Assembly (NCBI RefSeq): GCF_006345805.1
Contig: NC_043001.1
Span: 119,536,001 to 119,600,000 of the forward strand
Source: Octopus sinensis
Lineage: Eukaryota
Length of the DNA stretch: 64,000 nucleotides
Reading direction: 5' to 3'
Of the stretch, positions 1 to 12,795 are shown piece by piece. Within the stretch, counting starts at the first letter, position 1; every line of letters starts with the position of its first letter. Made by a program: the position numbers and the translations under genes. The notes beneath the pieces were generated by a model. That model saw only the letters and a list, made by a program, of their open reading frames with translations, was not told where the DNA came from and ran no database searches.

Positions 1-140
1 GACGATGATGATGATGATGATGATGTGGATGGGGAGGTTACCGCAAAACGTTTCTCCGGCGTAAACGATTTGAATAGCAATAACGTTTAAATCATTACGC
101 TATAAGGGATTAAATTTCAACAACAACAACAACAGCTACA

Positions 141-231
<91 letters not shown>

Positions 232-302
232 TTACTACTACTACTAGTACTACTACTACTACTACTAGTACTACTACTCCTATTACTACGACTACTACTA
301 CT
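1..302. repeat. (GAT)n at 1-26 and a (CAA)n to (CTA)n microsatellite at about 121-302
   Basis: Read directly from sequence. Confidence 0.95.
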
Positions 303-1734
303 TAAAACATAAATGATATCAATGAGTTATTATAACAACAAGAAAAAAAAATGAGAAAAGATGAGAAAAGAAAAAAAAATAGTTGCATTTATCAAGTTGA
401 GTCCTGAGTGAAAAGAAATCGATTTAAGATTGCATTTGAAACGGCTTGAAAACACCACCTTCTTCACATTCCACCTACTACACACCACCACCACCAAATA
501 CGGATATATATTATGTCAGACAAATCATTATTAATATTTTGTTTTTATGTGCTTGATATAAAACTGCCCTGTCATGAAGGCTTTAAGTAGCAGACCAGAA
601 GGGATTTTCAGAGGTAAACGGTTTCGCTATTGAAGTTGAACAGAGGAACTTAGTAAATACAAATACTCACTGTAAAGGAATAAAAAAGAAAAGACAAGAA
701 AGAATAAATGTAGGAATGCATGAATGAAAGAAAGAGCGGAATCGAAAAAGAAAGAAAGAAAGAAAGAAACAACAATGTACAACTGAAAAGATCAATGGAT
801 TATTAAAGAGCTTCTGTATCTGTGATTCTTCATGACATATCGATCTGAGAGATGAGAAAACTCCGTAGTAAATATAATCTAAAAAATTATCTAAAATTTA
901 CTAGTTAAAAAAAAAAGAAACAAACAAAACTAATTTCCTTCTGATTTGTTGATTAAAATCTCGTATGACTGCTGCTGTTGTTTAGCCCAAGGTCAGCCTC
1001 AATCGAGCAAACCTATCAAAGTTATTCCAGCAATGGGCATCTCTTTTTACTCCAGATGTAATGTAACAACGACAGCATTCATAATTTTCCATTTTAAGTG
1101 GTGTGGGTTTAGAGACATTCCATTGCTCTTTCTAGCTGGAGGAGCTACTGCTTAGAGGCTCACTCGTTGCCTCAATATGATAGGGTTTTATGTCTGCTAG
1201 TACCAACAGAACTAATGAAGATTTGCCCTTTGTTTCCAAGTCCAAATCACTCTTTTATTTCATTTTCATTGCGAATATCTTTGCTGCAAGCATGAATGTC
1301 AGAACATTCTATGCCCATGTCTTGTAAAATTCCAATATCATGTCTGTATAAGAAATAATCATAATCAGCAATTACCAGTCGTTACACTTTCACAAAGTTT
1401 CTGATTTTCTTGTTTATCTTACATATTTACCTATATACTTTTATGCTGATGAAAAAAGTCTTCTTCATAAAAAAAAAAGAAGAAAAAAGGCGCCTGCCCC
1501 AAAAGTCAGGCTACATATGGTTTGCTTATGGGGTTTTCCCGTGAGCAGCCCTCTAACATCTCATCCCTATTGAGAGTCACACATTGTTGATTTTTAAAAT
1601 TTTGTTAGTCTTGTTTACACGCAAAACCATCACAACAATACATACGCACACACATACACACACATACTCTTTGTTTTGTCCTGAGCTGCCCATAATGTTT
1701 TTCTTAAAGTAAACCCTTGTGGTTAATTAAGAAA

Positions 1735-1736
1735 TT

Positions 1737-1774
<38 letters not shown>

Positions 1775-1791
1775 TATTATAATTATTATTA

Positions 1792-1863
<72 letters not shown>

Positions 1864-1871
1864 TATTATTA

Positions 1872-1958
<87 letters not shown>
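1735..1958. repeat. Compound (ATC)n/(ATT)n microsatellite directly upstream of a SINE-A copy
   Basis: Read directly; source of the poly-N/I/M ORF 1727-1996. Confidence 0.95.
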
Positions 1959-1959
<1 letters not shown>

Positions 1960-2181
1960 GGCAGCGAGCTGGTAAAATCGTTCGCATGACGCGCAAGATG
2001 ATTACCAGTATTTCGCCCGACTTTACGTTTTGAGTTCAAATTCCGCCGAGGTCGAATTTGCCTTTAATCCTTACAGGGGTCGATAACGTATGTACCAATT
2101 GAGTACTGGGGTCGATGTAATCGATTATCCCCTTCCCCTGTAATGGCTGGCCTTGTGCCAAAATTTGAAAACATTATTATT
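1960..2181 (+). mobile_element. tRNA-derived SINE, family A, near full length with (ATT) tail
   Basis: GGCAGCGAGCTGG head, B-box-like GTTCAAAT at 2034-2041, body CCGCCGAGGTCGA-TTTGCCTTT-ATCC...GGGGTCGATAA...GTACCA, 3' CCTTGTGCCAAAATTTGAAAAC then ATTATTATT. The same motifs recur about 20 times in the window. The central block resembles the MetaSINE Meta domain as recalled (unverified). Confidence 0.85.
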
Positions 2182-2184
2182 GTT

Positions 2185-2523
2185 GACCTGTGAGTCGGAG
2201 AGAAGGAATTGGAGAGGGCACTTGCTCTTGATGTTCAGGGAAATCTTGGACAAGAGGGTTCCTTGATTATCCTTAGAGGTCATCCTGTAACAGGAGTGCT
2301 ACACTCTATCATCCCTCTCCTCTGTTTTTTTAAACCTTTGTATTCTATGTATATGTCCCATCCTTTTCATGGTATACCGTGTATACTTGCATTCGTTTTT
2401 TATAATTATTTTATCCCTCCATTATATGTAAACCCCACATTTTATGTCTGCCTTTGTATTGTCCCATCATGCTTCTCCCTGGTGGCAAATAAATGAAATC
2501 ATCATCATCATCATCGTCATCAT
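2185..2523 (+). mobile_element. 3' end of a non-LTR retroelement (possibly L1/Tx1-like) with AATAAA and (ATC)n tail
   Basis: AATAAA at 2488-2493 followed by GAAA and (ATC)n. The terminal motif TGTCCC...CCCTGGTGGC-AATAAA-GAAA is shared with copies at 6350-6420 and 36760-37000. Clade assignment is inference only. Confidence 0.5.
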
Positions 2524-2526
2524 TAT

Positions 2527-5500
2527 TTGCTTAACTTTTGCTTTGTATTTGCATATGTTGACCCCAAGTCTCATCCAGAGACCTTAAGAGACAAATTAGT
2601 TCAAGTTGGTGTTATGACTTGGGTGCCATATATTTGGTTTGGCATAAAGTATTTTTCTAGAGAATGTCTAAGCAAACATAAGAAAATTATTAGTTTGTTT
2701 CATAATTTGTGATTACACAGACAGTTTTTTACGCGGGATATTGGCAGTTACCATGAACATTATTTTTTGAATTTCTTCCATTTTTTCTTTGGATTTCCTG
2801 ATATTTGAGCTAGGTAGTAATCATCCCCTTTTGCTATCATTCCTAGGACACCTATGTCAACAGGTATTGTTTAGTCTTGGGGTTTCACATTTTGTCAAAT
2901 TCTACTTCAAGATGTTTATACTTTCTCAGTTTTTCGTAGGTCTTGTCTGATACTTTTATGTCGAATGGGACAGTCATATCGATGAGGAGGCATGATTTTT
3001 GTCTGAAGTCCTTCAATATAATGTCTGACCTATTTGCATCTATCTTTCTGTAAGTTTGAACGGTCAAGTTTCAAAGGATTGCGGTGTGGTCATTTTTAAG
3101 CACTTGCTGTGGTTTGTATTCCCACCAGTTTTTATCATGGGGCAGGTCTAAGTCTTTGCAAATTACCCATTGAATATACTGTGGTGCTCAATCATGCTGT
3201 TGAAATACTCCCTAGGCGCAAGAAGACTGCACATAGAGACAACATGATTGATGGCTTCATTTTGTTGTTTACATACGCAACATGTTGGGCTACTGCCGTT
3301 CTTTAATATGTTGGCCTGGTAGCTTCTTGCAGGTAGGTATTGATCTTGGACTATTATGACAAACACTTCTGTCTCTGATTTTAAGCCAGAAGACACTAAT
3401 CATTGATGGGTAAAGGTTTTGTCAACATCGGCAAAATTAGCTTTCTTTGGGTATGTCATTGAGAGTTTTTTTCTTGCCATTATTGATAAATGGCATGAAA
3501 AAACTCTTGGCAGGAGTTTTAGCGCGTGTTTTCACACGCTTAGCCGTTTCTGTACTTGTTTCCAGAGTGTCTAATTCTGGGATTTGTTGTATTTGGAATT
3601 CACTTAGATATTTCTTTGCCTGTTTTGTTACTGAGTATGGTGTTTTCTTGTTTTCATGATTTAAGACAAGTTTTAACATCCAGTCATCAGAGTTTTTCAG
3701 GTATGTTTTTAAGCCAATTGTGTGAATCTTCATTGCTAATTCCAGTTGTATAAGTCCACGGCCACCCACTTTTCTTGACAAGTAAAGTCATTTTTTATCT
3801 GCCTTAGCGGGGTGCATTCTATGTATTGTCAACAATTTTCGTATTTTTCTGTCCAGATTACATATTTCAGTAATTGACCAGTTAATAATATTGACACTGT
3901 AAGTCACGATCGGTATGGCTAAAGTATTGATTGCTTCGATCTTGTTTCTTGCATTCAGTTCTGTCTTGAGTATTCCGCTTACGCTGCGATAATATTCTCT
4001 TCTGAACCGTTCCCTCATCACTGAATGTTTGATTCCGTCCCCTTCAAATACCCCTAGGTATTTGTAGCTCTCCACTGGTTCTAACTCCTTTATGACATTC
4101 TGATGGTCAAGGTTAACTTTGGATGTTTCTATCATTTTTTCCTCTGATAAAGGTAGCTTTTGCCCATTTATCGGGGTCAAATTCCATCCTGATGTCATCA
4201 CTGAACTGTTTAACAATTGGTAGTAGGCCCTGTAGTTGTTAGTCATTTTTGCAAAAGCTTTATATCATCCATGTAAAAGAGCTGTTTTATATTCTTATCA
4301 AACTTTTTATAGTCATATCATACATCATCGAGCAATTTCAAGAGAAGTATTAAGGCTAGACAAAAGAGGAATGGTGATAGAGCGTCACCCTGGAAAATAC
4401 CACATGAAATTCTTACATCTCCAGCATTGAGAGATTCATTGTCACTGATCGAAGTCAGTGTTGTTCTCCATGATCTCATACTTACAGCTAAGAAGTTTCG
4501 CAGAGTAGGTGCTATTTCATAAATTTCCAGACATTTCTTAATCCAGCTGTGGTAGACTATCAAAAGCTTATTTATAATCTATCCAAGCTATCGACAAGTT
4601 CTTGTGTTGATTGAGACAATCTTCTAGGATAATCTTATTGACGAGTAGCTGATCTTTACAATCATAAGACCCACGTTTACATCATTTTTGCTCATTAGGG
4701 AATATGTCACTTACTATCAAAAAAAACTATTGGTGTATTCCGTCGAGTCAGACGTTAGTATTTTATACATTGTTGTTAAGCAGCTTATGGGTCTATAATT
4801 TTTTGGTTTATTTGTTTCTTCATTTTTTGGAAGTAGAAATGTAACTCCATTAACTAACCAAGAGAGAATCGTATCAGGTTGTTGCAAAACATTGTTGTAA
4901 AGTTTTATTAGCAGTTCATGACTCTTTGAGAAGACATTCAACCAGAAGTTATGAATTTTATCCTTTATTGGAGACTTCCATTTGCTTGATTTCCTGAGAG
5001 CAGATCTTACATCCTCTACCTAGATAGCCTCCCACTTTTGCTCTTCTAAGGAATCTAAGTCACTAGATTTTCTTCTGCCCAAATTTTATTTCAAAGTTCC
5101 TGCACTTCTTTTGATGGAACAGGCTTTAGTGTAATTGGTATTTTCCCTATCTTCCTGTGAAGATTTTGGGGGCTGTTTTTGAACATGTTGTTCTCTTTGA
5201 AGAACATAACGTGCTTCTCATACCGTGCTATGTGGGCAGCTTTAGCAGACACCTTTCGCTTGATAGTTTCCGTGGTGATATCGATGTTAAGTATGGTTTT
5301 CATATTATACTTTTTCTTTAATTTTCGGATTTTTGTTGGTTTGATATTCTTGTCAAACTTAAGGTTTTGTAAACATTCTATGTCAGACATAAGTAGCTGA
5401 GTTTGGTGCTGAATACACTCTTGCCTAACAGACATTTTGTAGGAATGTTGTCGTTTTCTAATCTTTTCGCCACATAGAATCGTTGAGATCTTCGCGGATG

Positions 5501-5676
5501 TATAGCACAGGTAATTGAGATGTGTAATATAAGTATCATTAGCTGAAATTATATCCTTAATTGCAAGGCGGATTTTACCGATTACTTTCAGGTTTTGGTT
5601 AGAGTTCCGAATTTTCGGGAGAGTGTCACGTCCATGTAGTTTTAAAAGTTAAGCTCCAAACACTCCGAAGATAAAT
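2527..5676 (-). mobile_element. R4/Dong-like RLE non-LTR retrotransposon, copy A (about 3.15 kb, 5'-truncated, frameshifted)
   Basis: Collinear minus-strand remnants: pre-RT KVSAKAAHIARYEK (5091-5435); RT LLPKNEETNKPKNYRPISCL (4717-4941), GIFQGDALSP (4318-4563), YMDD at 4264-4275 then a 1-nt frameshift, YKYLG (3788-4246), GGRGL (3437-3781); CCHC knuckle CCVCKQQNEAINHVVSMC (3163-3396); endonuclease NRSDIILKD...LIDMTVP...EKLRKYK (2885-3067); stop at 2713-2715; 3'UTR to 2527. Flanked by (ATC/ATT)n on both sides. Confidence 0.93.
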
Positions 5677-5677
5677 A

Positions 5678-5719
<42 letters not shown>

Positions 5720-5720
<1 letters not shown>

Positions 5721-6208
5721 TATGTTTGACTTTTGCTTTATATTTGTACAAGTTGGCTCCAAGTCTCACCCAGAGACCTCAAGAGACAACAGGGTTGGAA
5801 GTTCATGTTGTTGTTATGCCTAGTGTGCCATATATTTGGGGGGTAGGGATGTTGTACTAATGAATGTCTAAAAAAATGTTTTTTTTTTTTTTTTTTAAAC
5901 CGAAAATTATGTTTGTTTTAAACCTTGAGATTACATAGAGAGTATTTTGCGTAGGATATGAGCAGTTCCCATGAGCACTATCTTTTGAACTTCTGCCATT
6001 TTTGGGTTTCCTGGTATCTGAGTTAGGTAGCTATCAGCCCCTTTTGCTATCATTCCCAGGGCACCTATGACAACAGGTATTGTTTTAGTCTTCAGCTTCC
6101 ACATTTTGCTGATTTCTATTTCAAGATCTTTATATTTGCTCAGTTTTTGTTAGGTCTTGACAGATACGTTTATATCGATTGGGACAGTCATATCAATGAG
6201 GAGGCATG

Positions 6209-6210
<2 letters not shown>
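5720..6210 (-). mobile_element. R4/Dong-like 3' fragment, copy B (same lineage as copy A), head-to-tail upstream of A
   Basis: Encodes CLLIDMTVPIDINVSVKT...KYKDLEIEISKMW...GALG...ILRKILSM with stop at 5931-5933. The 3'UTR (CCAAGTCTCACCCAGAGACC) matches that of copy A. Separated from A by (ATT)n 5677-5719. Confidence 0.9.
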
Positions 6211-6348
<138 letters not shown>

Positions 6349-6349
6349 T

Positions 6350-6420
6350 ATATCTTTATTAGCCACAAAGGATTTACATTAAAAAACATTGAGGACAGCA
6401 GAGGACAAATAGAAAGTGAG
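6350..6420 (-). mobile_element. Retroelement 3' terminus (TTGTCCTCTG...TGTGGCTAATAAAGA) running into the (AAT)n array
   Basis: AATAAA on the minus strand at 6355-6360; motif shared with 2440-2497 and 36777-37000. Confidence 0.45.
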
Positions 6421-7376
6421 GTTACATGTGTTACAGTATTTGCTTCATCGATTACACCTGCTGAGATTGATTCTGGCGACTGTATATTTATCCCAACCCA
6501 TTTGCAGTAACGTGCCGAAGTCAGATACCAACATATTATTTTAACAGTTTACCAGTTCGCCATAAAAATACCGTATAGTTTTAAATGTTTAACTGAAACT
6601 TATTTTGTTCCTAAATGGTTAAACTCAAATTAGCTGGTTATCTTTTGAGTGAAAGCATAAAGTATCAGTAAAATACTTTCGTAGACTCAATCGACTATAC
6701 CCACCAGCTACTTTACAAAATTGGAATTTACCCTACCCCCATAAAGATTAGAGACTATTATTTAACTATGTTGACATTAAACACGAAACTGAAGAGCATA
6801 TGTGCCTTATGTTTACGGAAAGTAAAGGTTAAATACTGATTATTAATGTCATTTTAATTCTAAATAGCACGACCCAACTTCAAATATTGATTTTGCTTTC
6901 ATTTTCTCGTAACGAATCTCTTTAATACCAAATCTTTTATTTCGTTTGTTATTTCCATTATAGAAATATCAACAGATTTAGTTAGAAATGTTTCTGCATT
7001 TTTGAGCAAGCTCTCAACTCCTCAATTTACACGAGATTTTCAAATGTATTGGAAGTCGTTGATTTTAATCCGACATGGTCTTCAAGAGCCCGATGTTGGC
7101 TTTGACGGTAATTTTTCCTTTATTCCTGTCAAATTCACTTTATTTCAAATGATGAGATAGAATGAGTTAAAATCGTACTAGATTTTATGTGGATAAATCT
7201 GTCATGGCTCAATACTGAAGCGAATACTTCAAACCAACACTTCAAGCTAAAGATACGCTCAAAAATTATAGTACTCTTATCAAGCACTTATTTAGTCATG
7301 GTACTTGTTTATTATTAGGAGATTTATACAAACATTGGAGTGCTTTGATCACAACTATCGATTGATCGATCTAAAC

Positions 7377-7409
<33 letters not shown>

Positions 7410-7411
<2 letters not shown>

Positions 7412-7666
7412 TTCAGTAAAAATTTAGATTCAGTTGAAAATGGTACTTAAGGTAAAGGCACCAGAATTTGGTATGGTATTATCCATATAAATCAAAATGG
7501 GGTGATTATAATCAAAATAAGCAACAAGGATATCCAAAGGTAGTGCAGTACAATCGTTTCATGCGACTTCATTTAGTTAAATAATACTTGGATTGTTTAA
7601 TTAAATGAAGTGGCATGAAACGATTCTAATGCACTACCTTTGTATATCCTTGTTGCTTATTTTGAT

Positions 7667-7669
<3 letters not shown>
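7410..7669. repeat. Inverted pair of a repeat forming a fold-back (arms 7508-7581 and 7596-7669), bracketed by (TA)n tracts
   Basis: 74-bp arms with 5 mismatches, aligned by hand; (TA)n at about 7377-7409 and 7672-7714. Confidence 0.9.
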
Positions 7670-7718
<49 letters not shown>

Positions 7719-7909
7719 GATCCAGACACGCTTTTTTCCTCTCTCCGTTTTTGTCTTTCTTCTCTCTCCATTTTCTTCCCTCGTTCCTTTCTGTCGTAGA
7801 ACGTTTGCTCAAAACGTCAAAGACTTTTCTATCTTTCCTGAGCGTCAAACTCCGTGTTTGTTGGTTCCTCACCTGACCCTGTATTCTGTTTTTGTACGTT
7901 TGAACTTTG

Positions 7910-7957
7910 TATATACATACATACATGCATACATACATACATACATACATACATACA

Positions 7958-7990
<33 letters not shown>

Positions 7991-8070
7991 GCATACATAC
8001 ATACAAACATACATACCTACAAACTTACATACATACATAGTTTATATATATATATATGTACATACATACA
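7910..8070. repeat. (TACA)n microsatellite
   Basis: Read directly; source of MYVC/HTYI ORFs. Confidence 0.95.
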
Positions 8071-8608
8071 TACATACTTAAATACAAATATATATGTATA
8101 TGTGTATGTATACAAATATGTATACGCATGTATCTATACACACATACACTTAATACGTACATGTGTGTGTTTGTCTGTCTGCCTATATAGACAGTATACG
8201 TATATGTACGTAGACACTATTTTATGCATGTATAGTGGGCGACTTTAAATATATGTGAACAAATACTGACTGAGAACAATAAACACTAATTTAACTTCAG
8301 TGATATCATTTTCCCTTCTTACTTTAAACAGACGTCAATTTCCTGATCCGCTATTTGCAAGGACCATTAATAAATTACATGTATTTTGTTTTTCTTTTAT
8401 CACCATGTTCTGTATGCTTAATTAAGATACATCTGACGTCATTACACACGGCATGAGTTCAGCAATACACATATATATCTATACAAACGCACTTTTAGGA
8501 AAGAAATTTTAGTGCTTGTATTAAAAATCTATATCTTAACCTTTAGTGTATACACAGACATATATATACATCTATCTATCTATATATATATGTGTGTGTA
8601 TGTGTGTA

Positions 8609-8654
<46 letters not shown>

Positions 8655-8657
<3 letters not shown>

Positions 8658-9071
8658 GCAGGAGTGGCTGTGTGGTAAGTAGCTTGCTAACCAACCACAT
8701 GGTTCCGGGTTCAGTCCCACTGCGTGGCATCTTGGGCAAGTGTCTTCTGCTATAGCCCCGGGCCGACCAATGCCTTGTGAGTGGATTTGGTAGACGGAAA
8801 CTGAAAGAAGCCTGTCGTATATATGTATATATATATGTATGTGTGTGTATGTGTTTGTGTGTCTGTGTTTGTCTCCCTAACATTGCTTGACAACCGATGT
8901 TGCTGTGTTTACGTCCCCGTCACTTAGCGGTTCGGCAAAAGAGACCGATAGAATAAGTACTGGGCTTACAAAGAATAAGTCCCGGGGTCGATTTGCTCGA
9001 CTAAAGGCGGTGCTCCAGCATGGCCGCAGTCAAATGACTGAAACAAGTAAAAGAGTAAAGAGTAAAAGAGA

Positions 9072-9072
<1 letters not shown>
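8655..9072 (+). mobile_element. tRNA-derived SINE, family B, full length with internal (TA/TG) tract
   Basis: A-box TGGCTGTGTGG 8665-8675, B-box GGTTCAGTCCC 8708-8718, CTTGGGCAAG 8731-8740 (CORE-SINE-like as recalled), 3' GGCGGTGCTCCAGCATGGCCGCAGTC...CTGAAACAAGTAAAAGAG tail. Second full copy at 46546-46976. Confidence 0.88.
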
Positions 9073-9113
<41 letters not shown>

Positions 9114-10319
9114 AGGTTTGGAGATGATGTACAGGTATTTTATATTAGAAGAAATGAGGTACTCAGAAATATATATATATGGGTACTCAAAAATAACCTG
9201 CAATGTTCTCTGTTGTTCGACCTTTCACTGCTCAAAGCCACTTGATTCATCCCTCGAGCATCAGTCTGCCGACCGGCGTCGTCTGCCGCAATTGTACTGC
9301 TCCGTGGTGCGTCTTTGTTTTTCAATACCCCTAAGAAGCTTTGTATCTCATAGACAAAATGTTTTTGAATGCCTTGAGAATCTTTGTATCACATAGACAA
9401 AAGACATAATCATAAGAGGGAAGAGTGAGAATTTCCAGGAGGCAAACGTTCTTGAACAAGCCATAGTGATAAGTAAGTCTGGGCTCGTTGTGGTAAAGGG
9501 TGTGAACTAAGGATGTGAATGGTTGGATGGAGGCCGTACGAATCCCGCTGTCTTCGAGAAGCAAAGGCCATTACTGTACGAGTAGATAAAACAGGGAAGG
9601 GCAGTGCACACGCAAGCCAGTAGCTGGAGTGTGTCTGTGACTGACATTATACCTATCAGACAGGCCTTTTTTGGTTGCAGTCAAGAACATTTGAGTGTTC
9701 TGTGTTGTAATGAAGCAGTAAATCAAATATATCTACTTAGATTATAATACTATTTTCGTTTGTTTTTATAGCGGTTTTTCCTCCTTTTTATTTTTGCGAT
9801 TATTCGATTGGAATCCCGCTCCCACCAGCCACACATACATACGCAAACACTCACATATCCAGTGTTATATTCTACCGGAGATTACAAAGAAGACTTAACG
9901 TCTAAGAGGTGTCCAAACGTTTCAGCATTACAATTATCACTACCAACCATCCACGTCTATAAATGCCAGTCTTGAAAAATTAACACTTCAATGTATTCAA
10001 AGTTTTAGATTACGGCAACATTTGAGGCTTCAGCAATTTAAAGATAACAAACAGCAGAATGATGTTATTTTCTAAGATTTCGGGCGAGAAAATCGCTTAT
10101 TTGATTAACATATTTTGCTCATCGCTCTTTTCATTTACGTTTGTTTGTCTTCTTGCTTATTTTCTCGCGCAGCTTTTTTATTTTTTCTAAATTATCTTTG
10201 TGAGTTTTATTTGTGTTATTTAATCTTTTTGGTGCTGATGCAGCTCTTCTATTGCACTCACTTCTGCTGTCGTTGCCCTCATTGCAGGTGCTGCTGTTGC
10301 TCTTGTTATTTATATTTGT

Positions 10320-10393
10320 ATATATACATATATACACATATACATATACATACATATATACATACGTATACATATACATGCACGTGTACATAA

Positions 10394-10458
<65 letters not shown>

Positions 10459-10529
10459 CAGAAATGAATTCATATATACATATACACATATAACTACCTG
10501 TCTATGTATTAATGTATATGTCTCTCTCA

Positions 10530-10565
<36 letters not shown>

Positions 10566-11022
10566 GTATATGTGTGTGTTTGTATACACACACACATATA
10601 TATATGGAGAGAGAGCGAGAGAAAGAGTGAGAGAGACATATACACTAATGTATAGACAGGTAGTTATATGTGTATATGTATATACATATATATGTATATA
10701 TGAATTCATGTAAATGTATATATGTATATGTGTATATATGTATATATACATACATATATATATATTTATACACACACACATACACATATACGTATATATG
10801 TGCGTGTATGCATATAAATATATATATATAAGTGTATATATATGTATGTCATAATTCAGTTTTATTTCAAGACCTCTTGGAGAAAGAGCCGGTTTCTAAC
10901 CTAGATTCAAGGCTCCTTCATTGGAATTTCAACATCAATAACAGGGTATTTTTGTTTGTATGTATGCATGTATGTATTCTCATGTATGTGTGTGTGTTTG
11001 CGTGTGTGTATGTGTGCGCGCG

Positions 11023-11056
<34 letters not shown>
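10320..11056. repeat. Cluster of (TA)n, (CA)n, (TC)n and (TG)n microsatellites
   Basis: Read directly. Confidence 0.9.
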
Positions 11057-11059
<3 letters not shown>

Positions 11060-11309
11060 ATGCATTATCTTTGGCAATTCTTTTCTCTCGCCTGCAGTCT
11101 GCCCCTATCTCATGTTTGATTTGCCGGATGGAAGCTCAAGTGGAAATTTGTCGCGGATGGCTTAATTAAAAATACGTCAACAAATGTGATTTCAACTTCT
11201 TGACGCCATAACAAAACAAAGATTGACTTCACCATAGAATTTATATATATATATTTTTTTATTTGTAAATTATTCTTTGTTTATAAATAAGCGGTATTTA
11301 GCAGCAGCA

Positions 11310-11340
<31 letters not shown>

Positions 11341-11422
11341 CTTCTTCTCTTCTTCTTCTTCTTCTTCTTCTTCTTCTTCTTCTTCTTCTTCTTCTTCTTC
11401 TTTTCCTCCTTCATCTTTTCTT

Positions 11423-11502
<80 letters not shown>

Positions 11503-11525
11503 CCCCACCACTACTACTACTCTAC
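11310..11525. repeat. (TTC)n to (CTA)n compound microsatellite
   Basis: Read directly. Confidence 0.95.
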
Positions 11526-11995
11526 TTCCTTCCTTTTGTGCGACATATTACTCATCAGCATCTCAAAACATTTTGTTTGCATTTCCTTTGTTTTCCGATA
11601 ACTTCTTTTCATCTTATTCTTCATTGTCACCGACATTATTGCTATTACCAGCCAGCGTCGTTATCATCATCATCATTATCATAATCATCGTTGTTGTCGT
11701 CGTCACCGTCGTCATCGTCGTCATCATCGTATCATCATCATCATCATCATCAATTGTATGACCTACCTCATTTTTCTTCAGCGTCATACATTTTGCATAT
11801 CTGTTTTTTTTTACACATCTTAATGTTTTACCATTTTCAAAAATTTCTTCATTTACCCATCATCACTTTTGTCCTGTCAACATCATCGTTAGTATAAGCA
11901 TCATCATAACCCCATCAGCACCATCACCACAATCACCCTCATTATCTCCATCGTCATCCCCATCGTCATCATCATTATCATCATGCAGTTACTAC

Positions 11996-12112
11996 TAGTA
12001 TGGTAAAGTTTGAGCTGAAGGAATTACGGCAGAATGAGGGTCCTTGTTCTAGACCTCCCATCCAGCTAAAAATATCTGCCGTAATTCCTTCAGCTCAAAC
12101 TTTACCATACTA
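11996..12112. mobile_element. MITE-like fold-back element with perfect 38-bp terminal inverted repeats
   Basis: TAGTATGGTAAAGTTTGAGCTGAAGGAATTACGGCAGA (11996-12033) is the exact reverse complement of 12075-12112; 41-nt spacer. The outer TA dinucleotides could be a TA target duplication. Confidence 0.75.
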
Positions 12113-12388
12113 TTTTTCAAAGGAATACGTTCGATAACATATTCAGAGATACACAATTATGGGGTGGGGGACAATGTAAAAAGACGGGATAGAGATGGTT
12201 TGAATTCTTTGATAATAGGTCTGCGCAATCGGTTGAGACTTAAGCGTAAATAACAAAATAAAAAGAAAAAGGATTTTAATTATCAATATAGTAACTGCAC
12301 CGCTATCATTGATTTGGTTTTATTATTATCAACACTTCCAGCATCATTATCATCGTCCTCGTCATATCAGTGTTGTTATTCTTACTTT

Positions 12389-12795
12389 GTTAGCACGCTG
12401 GATGAAATGATTAGCGGTATTTAGCCAGTCGCTACGTTCTGAGTTCAAATTCCGCCGAGGTCGACTTTGTTTTTTATCTTGTCAGGGTCGATGAAATAAG
12501 TACCAATCAAATGCCAGAGTCGATGTAATCGATTAGTGCCGTCCCTGCAAGTATCAGGCCTTATGCCCATAATAGAAAGGATTATGATTCTTACTCGGGA
12601 CAGTGGAATGGCAGAATCGTTAAAACGTTGATTAAAACGTCTTGCTGTATTTGAATTCAAATCCAGTCAAGAAAAGTTTTACTGTTCGTCATTCTGAGGT
12701 CAATAATATAAAGTACCAATCAAGTGTTGGCAGTTGATTTAATCAATTATACTAGACGAAACCTAAAAAACTGAGACCTTGTACCATGATAAAAA
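12389..12795 (+). mobile_element. Two tandem SINE-A copies (about 12389-12590 and 12600-12795)
   Basis: GAGTTCAAATTCCGCCGAGGTCGACTTTG and GGGTCGATGAAATAAGTACCA in the first copy; second copy more diverged (GGCAGAATCGTT head, GAGGTCAATAATATAAAGTACCA). Confidence 0.75.

Noticed and set aside
8655-8740. tRNA-like A and B boxes (also at 46546 and in SINE-A heads)
   Set aside because: No cloverleaf could be built and each continues into a repeated SINE body, so these are not tRNA genes.
8887-9396. 169-aa ORF
   Set aside because: Runs through a SINE-B 3' half and a (TA)n tract; no domain signal.
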